Source: the human T2T-CHM13v2.0 reference genome, Homo sapiens
Assembly (NCBI RefSeq): GCF_009914755.1
Contig: NC_060929.1
Reading direction: 5' to 3' (one strand)
DNA: 64,000 nt
Made by a program: the position numbers and the translations under genes. Positions 49,931 through 63,330 of this stretch are shown here, in pieces. Under the pieces are notes generated by a model that ran no database searches, was not told the origin of the DNA, and saw only the letters and a program-made list of their open reading frames with translations. The stretch's first letter is position 1, and every line of letters begins with the position of its first letter.

Positions 49931-52384
49931 AGCTGACATGGCCAAGTTCCTCTTCTGTGGGAAATCAATTGCGGGGGAGAGAAAACAGGAAAATTCCTTT
50001 TAAAATGTCTCAAATCTCCTGGGTTGTGTTGTTGAATGAAATGAATACATGAACTGCCTGGCGAATAGCTCTTTCCGTTTCTCAGAATTGTTTACTGAGA
50101 AAAAACTCTAATCAACTGGGATTTTAGAACTTCAGCAGTTCAGACGAGCAAAAGCTGAAGACAATTTTCAAGTTTTCAAATCTTGCAAGTAGAAGCCAAA
50201 GAAACTCAAAGTTTGCAATATTATTTTCAAAATAATTTTATTTTTATGGGTTCCAAAAATACATATCTAGCGTAAGTCATATAGGAAACATTTTTGTTCC
50301 AAAATTTTGAGTTAATAAATAAATCTGTCTTTGTACACTGTGCTCTTCTGTTACATGATAATTTAATGTACAGAATGATCATGTTTAGAATTTTGGGTAG
50401 AATTTACACATCTTCCATTAGCATGAAAAGACTAAAAATAACTAATTTTAGATGACTTACCTGCTCCCTTGTGTTTAGGAGCGATATCAAAATTCATAGG
50501 GGAAAGCATATGTATCCTCACAATAATGCCATCATAGGACTCCCCACAGATCTATTTTATAGAAAACTTGCCGATTTGGGGGGCAATTTTTATGTAAATA
50601 AGCAAACCAACAAATATTTTTCTGCTCTTCTAGCAGGCTCCAGAGTAAACTGAAGAAGTGGTACCTGGGCTCTAGGATCCTCATCAAATAAGACTGTTGG
50701 ACTTAGATAAGAAAGTTCAAATACTCATGCTCCCAATTTTTAAAATGTTGCTTTTACAGATCTTCTTTTTTGTTAGATGTTTAAAAAATGTAGTTGGAAA
50801 GCTTTCTCCATGGGAGGGGCATCAAAGAATGTGACCCCACCTCCCATCTGTTGGAGTTGGTGGCCATCAGCCCTGAACTCACAAGTAGAATGCATGATTT
50901 GACAACTTGTCTTCTTATTTGTGGAGACTGAATTTTTAGAAAGCTCCTAAAATAAAGATAGAGTTAATATGATAGTGACTGATTCCTATGATCGTAAAGA
51001 CTACACTCTGAGAATGTTGTCAGTATCTGGGAACTCTGAAGTGCATGGTGCGGGTATCAGCGCAGTTTACAATTAGACAATTTATAGGGGTTATTGGTCT
51101 CTAAAGGAACACAGTGAAGATCATTCCTCGGAGACTGAGAGGAATAGGCTCTCTCACGAATATATGTATTTTAATTGGAGACCCAGGATTTAACTTATGC
51201 CAATAGTGTGCTTATTGGTTTGTGATTGGTCCACTCTTAGCCTGGTTCAAATAAAATCCATCTCCATTGACTGGCATTCCCACCATTGTATCTGTCTACT
51301 AGAATATTTCCCAGTTTCATTCACATGTAGTCTCTGGCCAGGAGAATTCTTGGTTGTAGATTCTTTGTACCATTAATACTTTTGCTCAATTTTCCTTATA
51401 ACAAAAAAAACTAGAACACTTTCTGTGAACTCTCCCAGAAATACCTGCTTGGGGCTTTGATCCTCTTCTGAAGGCCGCTCTGGCTAGGTTTTTCTCTGAT
51501 ACCAAATGACTCCCTCATCCCCTGTGGGACAATTTCCATGCAGGTGGGGCCCCAGGACATCAGCCTGGATGGATGACTCAGATTTTCCCTTTTATCTTTC
51601 ATCCCTCCCTTAAGACGACTGGAGCCTTATTAGAGCTCAAGCTCTCCCCTACTAAGTTATGAATTGAATTAATAATTATCATGAGTTACTACGGTGGTAT
51701 CCAGCTTGTGGAGAAAAAAGTTTATAAATGCTGAAAACATTGTAGGTGCAAAAGTGGTTTGTTTTTAAAACCACCTTCTCTTCTTTAAACATGCAGATTT
51801 CCTCTGCAGAGGCCCGGAGTTACCAGCAAGGTCTGACGCAGCAGAGTGCAGAAACGGCCTCCCTGTCTGTCAAAGTGGCCTCCCGAGGACACCCAGCGAG
51901 GCCACCAGATCATCACGTGGAGTATCGGTGGCCTTATTAAAACAAAAACAACAACTCCACAGCCCGGCGAGCGGTATGTGTGCCCAAGTACATAGGTGAT
52001 TAGAACAGAAAGGCCTGGGCTGGTCATCCAAGCTCTTCCGGTGGCCACCTCCGAGGAAGGTGGGGGTGTGAAGGAAATGACTAAGGACTTGGAGAGTTAA
52101 GACAAGCACGTGCTCCCAGGTGGTGGGCATGGTGAGAGAAAGAACCAGGGGAGGTTTGGGGAGGGTTCAACCAAGTCAGAATGGGGCATGGTAGGCGGCT
52201 TCCAAAACGGCCCCAGTGACCCTGCGATCCCACCCTTGGGGGCTCCCTGCCTTGTGTGTGGGCTGGGCCCAGTGACGGCCTCTGGTGGACAAGATATGGC
52301 AGGAGACAGGAGGTCGCTGTGTCTGTGTCACTTCCTACAGAGGCTTAACGCCTCCTTGTATTTAGACGGCTAATATACTTGGTC

Positions 52385-52532
52385 TTAATCCTTTTATGCC
52401 TAGCATTCCAATAATGGAAGGTTCCAATAACGGAATGTTCTAATAATGGAACGCTAGGCATGTCGGATTTATATCCTACTGCTCAAGGTGATCACCAATG
52501 TCTGATTGCTACCTTAGGCATAAATGGTTTAA
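52385..52532 (+). mobile_element. MER85 (non-autonomous PGBD3 piggyBac element) with TTAA TSDs
   Basis: TTAA at 52385-52388 and 52529-52532; TIR-like tccttttatgcct / aggcataaatggt; internal atttatatcctactgctcaaggt.atc.ccaa.gtctgatt matches the recalled MER85 consensus. Confidence 0.88.
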
Positions 52533-52549
52533 TTCTACCATCTTATTGA

Positions 52550-54290
52550 CTTATTTTTTATGTTACTATTTTCAACATTTTAATAAGAATTTAAAAATAT
52601 TCAGCAAAATTGAAAGTGTTTTATAATTTTTAATAAATACCTCTAGTCTATCATGAACCTTTTACTGCACTTGCTTTGTGGCATTTCTTAGCCTCTATCT
52701 TTTTCCATGCACATCAGAGCAAATGCAGACATTGTAAACATCCCCCTAAAATCTCAGCATGCATATTGTCATCTAGAGTTCAGTATTTGTTTACATTTTT
52801 TTCCTTTGAAGGTAAATATTACATGTAACAAAATGTCAAAATCTTAATAAAACCTTCTCCGTGTTTTGACGAATGCACACCTGTGAGGCCCAAACCTTTA
52901 AAAAGACGACATAGAGGCCGTCACGCGGAGGCCGTCACCCCACAAAGCTCCCTCATGGGCCTACCCGGCCAATCCTGGCCCCCAGCCCCCAGAGGCAGCC
53001 ACTCTTGTTTTCATCTGTTTTACTTTTCCATCACAATTAGCCTTGCCTGACCTAGAACATCATGTCAAATGGGGTTGTGGAGTGTAAGCATTGTGTAGAC
53101 GTCTTCTGCTCAGCAGGATGTTTCTGGGATTGAGCCGTGTCACTGCGCGTGGCAGGAGCTCCCGTCTCTCCATTGCCGAGTGCAGGTCTCTCCATTGCCG
53201 AGCGCCGCTCCAGCCTAGGGGCACAGCCTGTGCTGTGGTTCATCCATCCTCCCATGCCAGACCTGGCGCTGCTGCCTGCTTTGGCTATGCTGGGGGGAGC
53301 ACAGCACAGGTGGTTCATCCATCCTCCTACACCAGACCCAGGCTACTTCCCGCTTTGGCTATGCTGGAGGGAGCTGCTGTGGACATTCACATGCGGGTAT
53401 GCCATGGACACATATTCACTCCTCTTGGATGACATTGCTAGAAAGGCGTGTGCTGGGCACTCAGGCGAGTGTATCCTTAACATTTTCAAAAGTTGCTGGA
53501 ATTTTTTCTCCCCAATAGTTGCACCATTTCACATGCCTAGCAAATAGGTAACAATTTCAGGGGAGGAGAGAGTGAGGGGGTGGTGAGAGATTGGTCAAGG
53601 GTATGAAGCTGTGGCTGGATGGCAGGAATAAGTTCAGGTGTTCCATTCCCTAGCAGGGTGACTAGAGTTAGCAATGGTGTATTACTGCTCACTTCAAAAT
53701 TGCTGGAAGACGTTTTGGAATCTTCTCATCATCAAGAGGTGATTAGTGTTTAGGATGATAGATATACTGATTTCCTTGATGTGGTCATTACATGATTTAT
53801 ACACATGCGGAATCATCATGCCGTACTCTGTAACGTGTGCCTCACATCCTCAGCAACACCTGGTGTTGTGGGTCTTTTTAAGGTTTAGATATTCTGAGAG
53901 GCGTGTGGTGATTTCATACTGTGGATTTAATTGGTGTGTCCCTGATAGCTGATCATGTTACACATGTTTCCTTGTGCTGACGACTGGCCATATCTTTCTC
54001 TCCTAAGTAAATGTTCAATTTTTTAAAAATTATGTTATCTTTCTAATATGCAGTTGGATGATTTCTCTATATATCCTGGAAACTAGTGCTTTGTTAGACA
54101 CATGCTTTTCAGATATTTTATCTTTCTCTATGGCTTACCTATTTATGAATGATGTGTTTTAATAAACATAAGTTTTACATTTTAATTATGTTCAATTTAT
54201 CTATTTTTAATAGTTATTACTTTGTGTGCCCTCAGAAACCTTTGCCCAACCCTGAGTCACGCTGTTACTTTCCTTTGTTGTCTGTTTGCC
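52550..54290. mobile_element. Old L1M 3' fragments, mostly minus strand, with a plus-strand L1MA piece at about 53560-53830
   Basis: ttgcctg.cctagaac.tcat.t.aatgg, ttaattggtgtgtccctgat, ggaataagttcaggtgttc.att...agcagggtgacta. Confidence 0.7.
53235..53375 (+). repeat. 75-bp diverged tandem duplication inside L1
   Basis: gtggttcatccatcctcc at 53235 and 53310; gctttggctatgctgg occurs twice. Confidence 0.8.
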
Positions 54291-56584
54291 ACGCCTTGTT
54301 TTGGTCTCCCCAGCTTTTTCACGTCTTCTGTTAAATTAACAGAATTTACTTTACTTCCTTTTTTTTTTTCACTACTGGTTTTAATGCCAGGTCTAACCAT
54401 AAGTTGGCTAAAGGTGGCCAATATCTCTATTAATCTTCTGATTGTACAGAGACCCTGGGAATCTTCCATTCCAACTCTCTCCCCACCAAGCTATCCAATA
54501 AGCCACACTGCCCGGCCTCCTGGTGTCTCCTTCGCTATGACGCCCTTCCCAGGGTCTCCCAGGTGTTTACAATGTCTTCACTCTTTTGCCTCTGACCTCT
54601 GACTCACGGGTTCAATATTTTCTCACTCAGGTGTATCCTTTCAATGAGGGCGAATTCTTTCAGGATTTTTCAGTGAGGTTTCCTGAGTCATACCTTCTCT
54701 CAGGTCTTTGAATGTGCCACTGTTTTCCCTCAGTCTGGATTGACAACTGAATTCTAAATTGACAGTTAATCTTCCCTTGGTGCTATGAGATACCCCAAGG
54801 TCTGCTGGTACCCATGGCGTGGGCTAGGAGTCTGCAATCAGGCTAGCTGGTAGATGATGTTCCTTTTCTCACTGTTACTTTTGCACAAAGCAACAAGAGG
54901 TTTTTCTCCTGTAGCCATTCATTGTTTCAAAGGCATTTGAGGTCTGCTTTTCATTTTATATCAGATTTTCTTGTTTTTCATGGCACTTCATTAAATCATG
55001 TAATAAAAAATAATAGCAGTACACAGGTTTGGAAATACAGCCAGCTGAGCTGATTCATGAACACACAATGGGTGGGGCGGAGCAGTGCGGGCATCCAGAG
55101 GTGCAGCCAGCATATGTGGGCACTGATGCTCTGTACGCCCATCAGCACACCTTGGGGTTGGATGGGAAGCGTGTGTGAGTTGGTTCTGGGCTTTAGTGGG
55201 GTTACTGGAGGGAGTGGCATAGGGCTGATTTTATAGTCTTTGTCAGACAGTTCAGTCATCTCTACTTCTGAGGGCATGCATTCTCCCCTGCTCTCAACTC
55301 CCCATCTCTCTCTCCTGTCCATTGTTGCCTGGGGACTTACCTTTGAAGAGGGGTTTTCTGCAGGAGTTCTGCCTGCTGTAGCCTGGGAAATCTTTCTCCC
55401 TACAATTTCACATTGAAGTCGGCCAGGACGTTTGCAGTTTCACTGGATTCAGACCCTTTTTGTTTTCATTTTTCATTTACATTCTAAACAAGGTGGGTGG
55501 TATTAATTCAGACACCACACCCATACATGGCCAGATCTGGGCTCCTGCAGGTTACAGGGGGATGCTTTTCCCTTGGAGAGACTCACATGGGGGTGGGGTC
55601 CCCTGATACTTCCCATCAGCACCTGGCTCTATGCAGGGGCCTCAGGCCCTTTCCTGACTGGAAGCTTGTACCATCTGGCGTCCCTGTCACCTGCCTCTGT
55701 AGGCCTCAGGGCTGCAGCTGCCCGGGTTGTTGTTTTGAGTCCTGTCTTTGCTTCTGGCTCCTAGGAATGTCCCTTCCTCTCATGCTGGAACACGTATTTG
55801 CATTGGGGGGACTACGTTTCACGAGCTGCGTGCCTGTTGGCCGTCCTGCCAGTTCAGCTTACTCTGCATAGTAACTGGAGCTTTTCTCGTCAGGGAGTTG
55901 ACCTTTATGTGGCCTACCATGCACCGCACGCTTGCTCCACACTCAGGACACATGACACACACTCCATGAGGAGATACAAGCTCCTGACCTCACGTGGCTT
56001 CCTGTCTAAAGGGAGAAAATGCAATAAATTAAAGTCTAGGACTCTACCTGTTAATTAGCGATGGGCTGAGTCTACAGAAGGAAACGATCCCAAGTGCAGG
56101 TCTGGGGAGTGAACATGGAGGGTCCCAGGAATGGCGGATGCAGAGGAACCGTGGGGCAGGAGGGGTGGTGGGCACGGTGTCCATTCCAGGCAAAGAGCCA
56201 GCCCCAACTAGCACAGGGACCTCCCAAAACTTCAGCCTAGGATTTAGCAGACCAACCTGTGCTGTGAGATCACAAGCATCGGCCACATGCGAGCTCTGGG
56301 AAGAATGTTATTAATATTTTTGTGTCTAAGGATTTAAAATTATCACGTGGATTTTTAACTTGCTAGGGCAGTGCCTATGGTATTGACACTTACATGAAGG
56401 CTCAGCCTTGACTTTAAACGGTGGAAGCGTCTCTCCTCTTGATGTGGCGGCAGGAAGTGTCTCCCACGCGAGGACTCTGTGCTAAACGTGTGACTGTCGC
56501 CCCCGTTGTGAGTCTTTTGGGCTTCGCTCCCTCGATTGGATCCCGTCATTCAGCAAGGGAACTTTTAAGACATCATGAAGACCT

Positions 56585-56946
56585 CAAATCTTCTGACGTG
56601 AAGTTAGGGAGATTATCCTAGGTGTGCCTGAGCTAACCCAGGTGCCTTTAGGAGAAAGCAGAGGGGTCACCCCAGCTGGTGTTGAAGACATACCTGGCAG
56701 GGTTTTGAGAGAAGTAGACCAGGGGCAAGGGCCTGATTCCTGCCAGCACTTGGTGAACTTGGAAGAGGCTCCAGAGCTCAGATGCGACCCGACCCTGGCA
56801 GGTGCTGACTTCAGCCTGGTGAGACCCTGAGCAGAGGACTCAGTGCAGCCCCACCTGGCTCCCAAACACGGTGCTGTGAGCAGACACACGGGGGTCTTTA
56901 GCCACTGAATTTCTGTGGCTTCTTACACAGCAAGATGAAGCTAGCA
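56585..56946 (+). mobile_element. MLT1 LTR (C/D-like) 3' part
   Basis: gggagattatcct.ggtg.gcc, cagcctggtgagaccctgagcagagga, tttaagccactg.atttctgtgg. Confidence 0.7.
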
Positions 56947-56949
56947 TGG

Positions 56950-57200
56950 TGTCTTGGTCCCTTCAGGCTGTATGACAAGAATGCTGCAGACTGGGCAAAT
57001 TATCGATGCCAGGACTCCATCCCTCACAGTTCCGGAGGTTTGGGGGGTTGATATCATGGCACTGTACACTGGGCATCTGGTGAGCCTTCCTATAAGCAGA
57101 TGTGGCCCCCCTGCTGCGTCTTCCCACAGTGGAAGGGCAGACAGGCTCCCCCAGGCTTCTTCTGTAAGGGGACGAATCCATCCTTTCATGGGGGAAGGAG
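56950..57200 (-). mobile_element. MLT1A/MST-type LTR fragment running into a minisatellite
   Basis: tgtcttggtcc.ttcaggctg.tat.acaa.a..cagactggg, ctcacagttccggagg, taagggg.c.aatcc..tcatg.ggg. Confidence 0.7.
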
Positions 57201-57454
57201 CACTCTCACCTCTCCCCAGGTCCCCTCATCACTCTCACCTCCCCCTGGGTCCCTACATAACTCTCACCTCCACCCGGGTCCCCTCATCACTCTCACCTTC
57301 CCCTAGGTCCCCACATCACTCTCACCTCCCCCCGGGTCTCCACATCACTCACTTCCCCCCGGGTCCCCACATCACTCTCACCTCCCCCCGGGTCTCCGCA
57401 TCACTCTCACCTCCCCCTGGGGTCCCCACATCACTCTCACCTCCCCCTGGGGTC
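57201..57454 (+). repeat. 29-bp minisatellite, about 9 units
   Basis: ggtc recurs at 57219, 57248, 57277, 57306, 57335, 57362, 57391, 57421 and 57451. Confidence 0.95.
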
Positions 57455-58226
57455 TTGGAATGGAGAGACAGGTGAGGGAGTGAGGGACTCTCTGGGGAAG
57501 TCAGCAGCTCCCTCCTGGTCAGGCTGCACGAGGCCTTGGTTCAGGGTTTGTACTTAGTGTCTTGGTGTTGGAGAGAGCCTTCCCCACTGCAGGAGGCACT
57601 CCCTGGGCAGAGACTGCACGCACAGATATGGACACTCACATCTAGGGCCTAAAGCAGGCAGGGAGAAGATGACACCATTTTTTACAAAACACATTGTGCT
57701 TTTATTTTAACTTAATTTTAATATTACTTTTATTATAAAGTTATAAATAACTGTATTTTATTATTACAAAACTTTTTTCCCAGCTTCATGTATGATGAAT
57801 AAAAATGGTGTATATGCAGGGTGTACAGCATGATGATTTGATGTCTGTCCACAGTGTGAAATCATCACCACAACCAAGCCAAGTGCATCCATCGCTCAGG
57901 CAGTCACCGTGGTGTGAGTGCGGTGAGACGGCTTTGATCTGGCTCTCAGCCACTTCTGACGCTCCTGGTACCTGCAGTCACCACGCTGCACCCAGGCTTC
58001 TGTGTGTGTTCATCCCACAGCTGCAGGTTTGGACCCTTTGACCAATGCCTTTTCTTTTCCCCTGGGAATCACCATTTGGCTCTTAATGACTATGAGTTTC
58101 TACTTCTTTTTTTTAAGAGTCCATGTATAAGGAAGAGCATGGAGTGTTTGTCTTTCTGTCCGGCTTATTTCACTTAGTATAACATCCTCAAGGTTCATTC
58201 ATGTTAGCGTAAATGGCAGGATTTCC

Positions 58227-58530
<304 letters not shown>

Positions 58531-58542
58531 AGGACTCCCTTC

Positions 58543-58673
58543 TTTTTAAAGGCTGGTCATATTCCGCTGTGTGTGTCTGTGTCCTGCTTTTTAAAGGCTG
58601 GTCGTATTCCGCTGTGTGTGTCTGTGTCCTGCTTTTTAAAGGCTTGGTAGTATTCCATTGTGTGTGTCTGTGT
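58543..58673 (+). repeat. 45-bp tandem triplication beside the Alu 5' end
   Basis: ggct..t..tattcc..tgtgtgtgtctgtgt at 58551, 58596 and 58641. Confidence 0.9.
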
Positions 58674-61600
58674 AACATCTTCGTGTGTGCACCATATTTT
58701 CTTTATACACCCAGTTGCTGGCAGACTTGTACGTTGTTTCCACATCTTGGCTATTGTGAGTGACCGTGCAATAAATGTGGAAGTGCAGGTATTTCTTGGA
58801 GACAGCGATTTTATTTCCTTTGAATATATACCCAGTAGTGGGATTGTGATCTCATACGCTAGCTCTATTTCTAATTTTTTGAGAAAACTACAGACTGTTT
58901 TCCATAATGGCTGTATTAATTCATTTTCCCGCCAACAGGGTACAAGGGCTCCCTTTTCCCCACATCCTCACCAACACGTGGTCTTTTGACTTTTTGATAA
59001 CAGCCATTCTAACAGGTGTGAGGTGATCTCTCCTGGTGGTTTTGGTGTGCATTTCTTTGATGATTATTTAAGGTGAGCACTTTTTCATCTGACTTTTGGA
59101 CGTTTGTTTATTTTCTTTGGAAAAATTTCTATTCAAGTTCTTTGTCCATTTAATCAGGTTGTCTGTTGTATACTGTGGAGTGGTTTGAGTTCCTTATATA
59201 CTCTGGAACTACATGATACGCATAGGTATTTTCCACACCTGATAGTGCATATGAATTCATTTGTAAACACAAAGAATGGTCGTAGAACTTTAAAACAGGA
59301 TGGACAATGCTGTTTGCAACATTTTTATTTAGCGAGTATTTGGAAATGGGATAAATGTTCAAACAGTGATGTCTTCTTACCAGGGACTGCATAGGGCATT
59401 TGAAAGAGTTTTATTTTCTTTTTTTTTTAAACTTTTTTTCTTCTTTTTGAAATTTTTCAGAGTTTCTAAAACAAGCATTCAATATCTGTATTATTGCTAT
59501 TTTAGAAAGAAGTTTGAAATAGCGATTAAACTACATTCTACCACCAACAGACTCCAACCTTTCATCAGCTGATTTGCTTTGGGCAGAAGGCCCATTTGTA
59601 GGATAAATAAATACATCAGGAAGTTGTTGCAGGAAAGTCTGGCTCTCAGTGTAAATGCCTGATAAAGGGCTAATACTATTGTAATCATAATTTTTATTTT
59701 CAATTTTTGTGTTTTAATTTTAACAAAGTTTTCAAATTTATTTGTATAAAGGAATTTATATCTTCTTATCTTTTAAAAAATTTTTATTATGGTAAAATAT
59801 GCATACCATAAAATTGATGATTGTAACCATTTTTAAGTGCGGAGTTCAGGGGCACTAAATACATTGACATTGTCGCGCAACCATCACGACCATTCATCCC
59901 CAGAACTGTTCATCTTCCCAATCAGAAACCCTGGCCCCATTAAACACTAACTCCCCATTCCTTCTCCTACTCCCCAGGCCCTGCCAAATACCATCAACTG
60001 TCTGTCTACATGATTTAACTTCCTCTAAGCACTTTATACAAGTGAAATCATGTGGCAGTTGTCCCTCTGTGATGGCCTCATTTTACTGGGCACAGTGTCC
60101 TCAAGATTCTTCCATGTTGCAGCATCTATCAGAATTTCCTTCCTGTTTAGGGCTGAATAGTATTCCGCCATCTGGGCAGAAGACATTTTGGTACCTGTTT
60201 ATCTATTGAGGGACACTTGGGTTGGCTCCACCTTCTGGCTATGGTGAATCATGCTGCTATGAACATGGGTATGCAAGTAATTCTTGGAGACCTTGCTTTC
60301 CATTCTTTTGGATATATACCCAGGAGGGAAATGCTGGATCATGTGATAATTTTATTTTTAATTTCTGAGGGACTGCCACACTACTTTCCACAGTGGCTGT
60401 ACCATTTTACAATCTCACCAACACTGCACAAGAGCGGTAATTTCCACATCCTTGTCAACACTTGTTCGTTTCTGTTTCTTAAGTAGTAGCCATCCAATGT
60501 GAGTGAGATGGTATTTCGCTGCCATTCTGATTTGCGTTTCCCTGCTAATGCGTGATGTTGAACACCTTTTCATGTGCTTATTGGCTATTTGTGTGTCTTT
60601 GGAGAAATGCTGATTCAGGTCCTTTGCCCATTTTTGAATCAGGTTGTCTTCTTATTATTGAGTGTTAGGAGTTCTCTATATATTATATTATAGGTTATAG
60701 TTATTATATATTAGGAGTTCTCTCTGTATATATTATGAATACTAAATCAGTATCAGATATATGATTTGCAAGTATTTTCTCCCAATCTGTGGGTTACATT
60801 TGTTCTCTGTTGGGAATGCCTTTGATGCACAAAGTTTTAAAATTGTCACCATGTCCGATGTGTCTATTTTTTCTTTTGTCGCCTGTGCCTTTGGTGTCAC
60901 ATCCAAGAAAGCATCGCCAGGTCCAAGGCCATGTGGTTGGAGCTGAGCAGCATGTGGCCTTTTCAGCTGGCTCCTGTCATCTCATCACATGCATTTGAGG
61001 CCCCTCCATGCCTTTTCCTGGCTTGACAGCTCATTTCTTTTTAGTGCTGAAGAATATTCCGTTGTCTGGATGTGCCATGGTTTATGTATCCATTCACCTA
61101 CTGAGGGGCACCTCGGTTGCCTCGGAGTTTTGACAATTATAAATAAAGTGGCTGTACACATGTGCAGGTTTTTATGTGGATGTGCGTTTTCAGCTCATTT
61201 GGTCAAATACCAAGGAGCATGGTTGCTGGATCTTACCATAAGAGCATGTTTAGTTTTGTAAGAGACCAGCAAACTGTCTTCCACAATGGCCGCACCACTT
61301 TGCGTTCCCAGGAGTGACGAGTGGGAGTTTCCGTTCCTCCACGTCCTTGCCAGCATTCTGTGGTGTCGGTGTTCTGGGTTTTGGTCATTCCGATGGGGCG
61401 TGTTCCAGTGGATCTTTGTTTTTGAGCTGAAGTATCTCACCATGTGCAGACAATGACACTGGTGCTGTGTTTGGACTTGAATCCTCCTTCACATATTTTG
61501 TTTGTCTCCCTGATTTATGTTCTCTTCCGTCTCCTTTCTTGCTTTCTTTTGAATCAAACACATATTTTTCTTTTGCCTCCCTTCTGTTATTGGCTTGCGA

Positions 61601-62589
61601 TTGATGCATTCTTTCGATATTATGTTAGTAGCCACATATGCTTGGAGCACACCATGGTGTCTGACTTATTAAAGTCCAGTCCATGACATTCCCTTTACCA
61701 CGTCCCAGACAGGCTTGAGCTCACAGTGCCTCCCTCGGTGCACCGCCTCCTCCTCGTGCTGTCCTCTTCCTGCATTTTAGCCCCACGTTCATTTGAATCC
61801 CACTGGGCCTTGGCATGATGGTGCTTGCGGTGAACACCTGCATTTAGCTATCCACATGTCGGCTGCCCCTATGCCAACGCTCCTTTCAGCACTTCCAGGA
61901 TTTCATGGGGACGGTTTCCTCTGCCCAGAAGGCTGTTTCTTGTGTTATTTATTACAGCCTTCGGCAGATGCATTCTTTCAATGCACTCTTTCTAGACACT
62001 TCTCTACAAGCCTCTGTTTTTCCCTCACATTTGAAGAGCATTTTTCTCTCTTAGTGTAGGCTGTCCTTTTTTCCATTAAGATGCTATTCCATTGTCCAAC
62101 AGATTCGTTTTACAGTTTCTCCACAGTTTCTCTCCTGGATGTTAGACCGTAAGTCCTTTTGGCCTTAGATTGTCTCTGATGCCTTCAAATAGGATCTTTT
62201 CTCCCTGACAGCCTTGCATGTTGCTCTCGGTGCTAGCACTGCTCTACTGTGAGCTGTTCAGGCACAGAGGCCCTGGGGGCTGATCAAGGAGGGCTCTCAG
62301 ATCTGGCTCTCCTGGAGCAGCACAGCAGGAGGCTGCAGGAGGAGGCTGGCCGCAGGCTCTTCTGTTTCTTCTACAAACACGGATGTCTAGTTTTCAATGG
62401 GCAGGAGCTCTAAATGAGATTAGAACCAGAGTAGGCATGTGAGCGCTGGGGGAAGGGGACGGCATCCTCTTTTCCCCTGAAGCGCGATTCTTGCCGTGAG
62501 TTTAGTCTATTCCTTCTTTCATCTTGATGCAAAAAATGAGGTTTATATGAATCTTAATCCTTTAAGTAGTCCTGAATGTCTCGCAGAAG

Positions 62590-62660
62590 CAACTATTTTC
62601 ATTCTCCTTTTACAAACAGGGAAACTGAGGCAGAGAACACGAGAGAGTGGTCCTGGCCAC
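62590..62660. mobile_element. MIR fragment
   Basis: ttttacaaacagggaaactgaggcagaga. Confidence 0.65.
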
Positions 62661-62929
62661 AAATCCAGTCACTCTTCAGGGCTGGCCTGTTGGTCTCATG
62701 AAGGAGCCCTGTGTTCTCAGACACAGCCCACCAAGCTCTGGGACCCCTTATCTCTAAGTTCTTTCTCATCTCTGGAAAACCAGGCTGCTGAGTGGCTTAG
62801 GAAGGGCCAGAGAGATGCTTTGGTTTTGCTGATATTTTGACTAAGGGGTCAATGATTTCTCTGTCCCACATTTCCTTGGTGATGGCCATGACGCAGTCGG
62901 CACAGTGGGACCCCGCCCCCCACCCCGGT

Positions 62930-63330
62930 GGGATGAAGTAGAGGTCAGGTTCTGTGCCACGCTTGGCAGGCTACAGCCCCAGGCACTTAGCCACTCATCC
63001 AGGTGTTGCTGAGAAGGTGCTCTGTAGGTAAGATTAAAGTCCATCATCAAGCAACTTTCAATAAAGGAGGTAATGCTGGATAATCCTGGTGGGCCTGGGC
63101 CAATTGGTTGAAGGAGAAAAGCTGAGGTTTGCTTGAAGAGGAGCCAGGTTTGCCTGTGGATGGCAGCCGCAGCTGTGCTTCAGAGATTCAGCCTGACCTT
63201 CCTGGTGCCTGGCCCTGTGGGTTTCAGACCTGTGCAGCCAGACCCCACAAGTCCATGAGCCAACTCCTTGCAGTGGATATTGCAGAAAATCAGTCTGTAC
63301 CTCTTGCTGGTGGAGCCCAACTGGCATGGG
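62930..63330 (+). mobile_element. MLT2 (ERVL) LTR fragment
   Basis: aggtgttgctg.gaagg, gataat.ctggtgggcc, tttcagac, ccccacaa..tgagccaa.tccttg. Confidence 0.65.

Noticed and set aside
48747-49936. 330-aa and 183-aa ORFs in the orphan CpG island
   Set aside because: Non-ATG or weak starts, low-complexity GC-driven composition, no homology recognised.
57201-57454. 29-bp repeats as a CRISPR array
   Set aside because: Head-to-tail units with no unique spacers, in mammalian DNA without cas genes.
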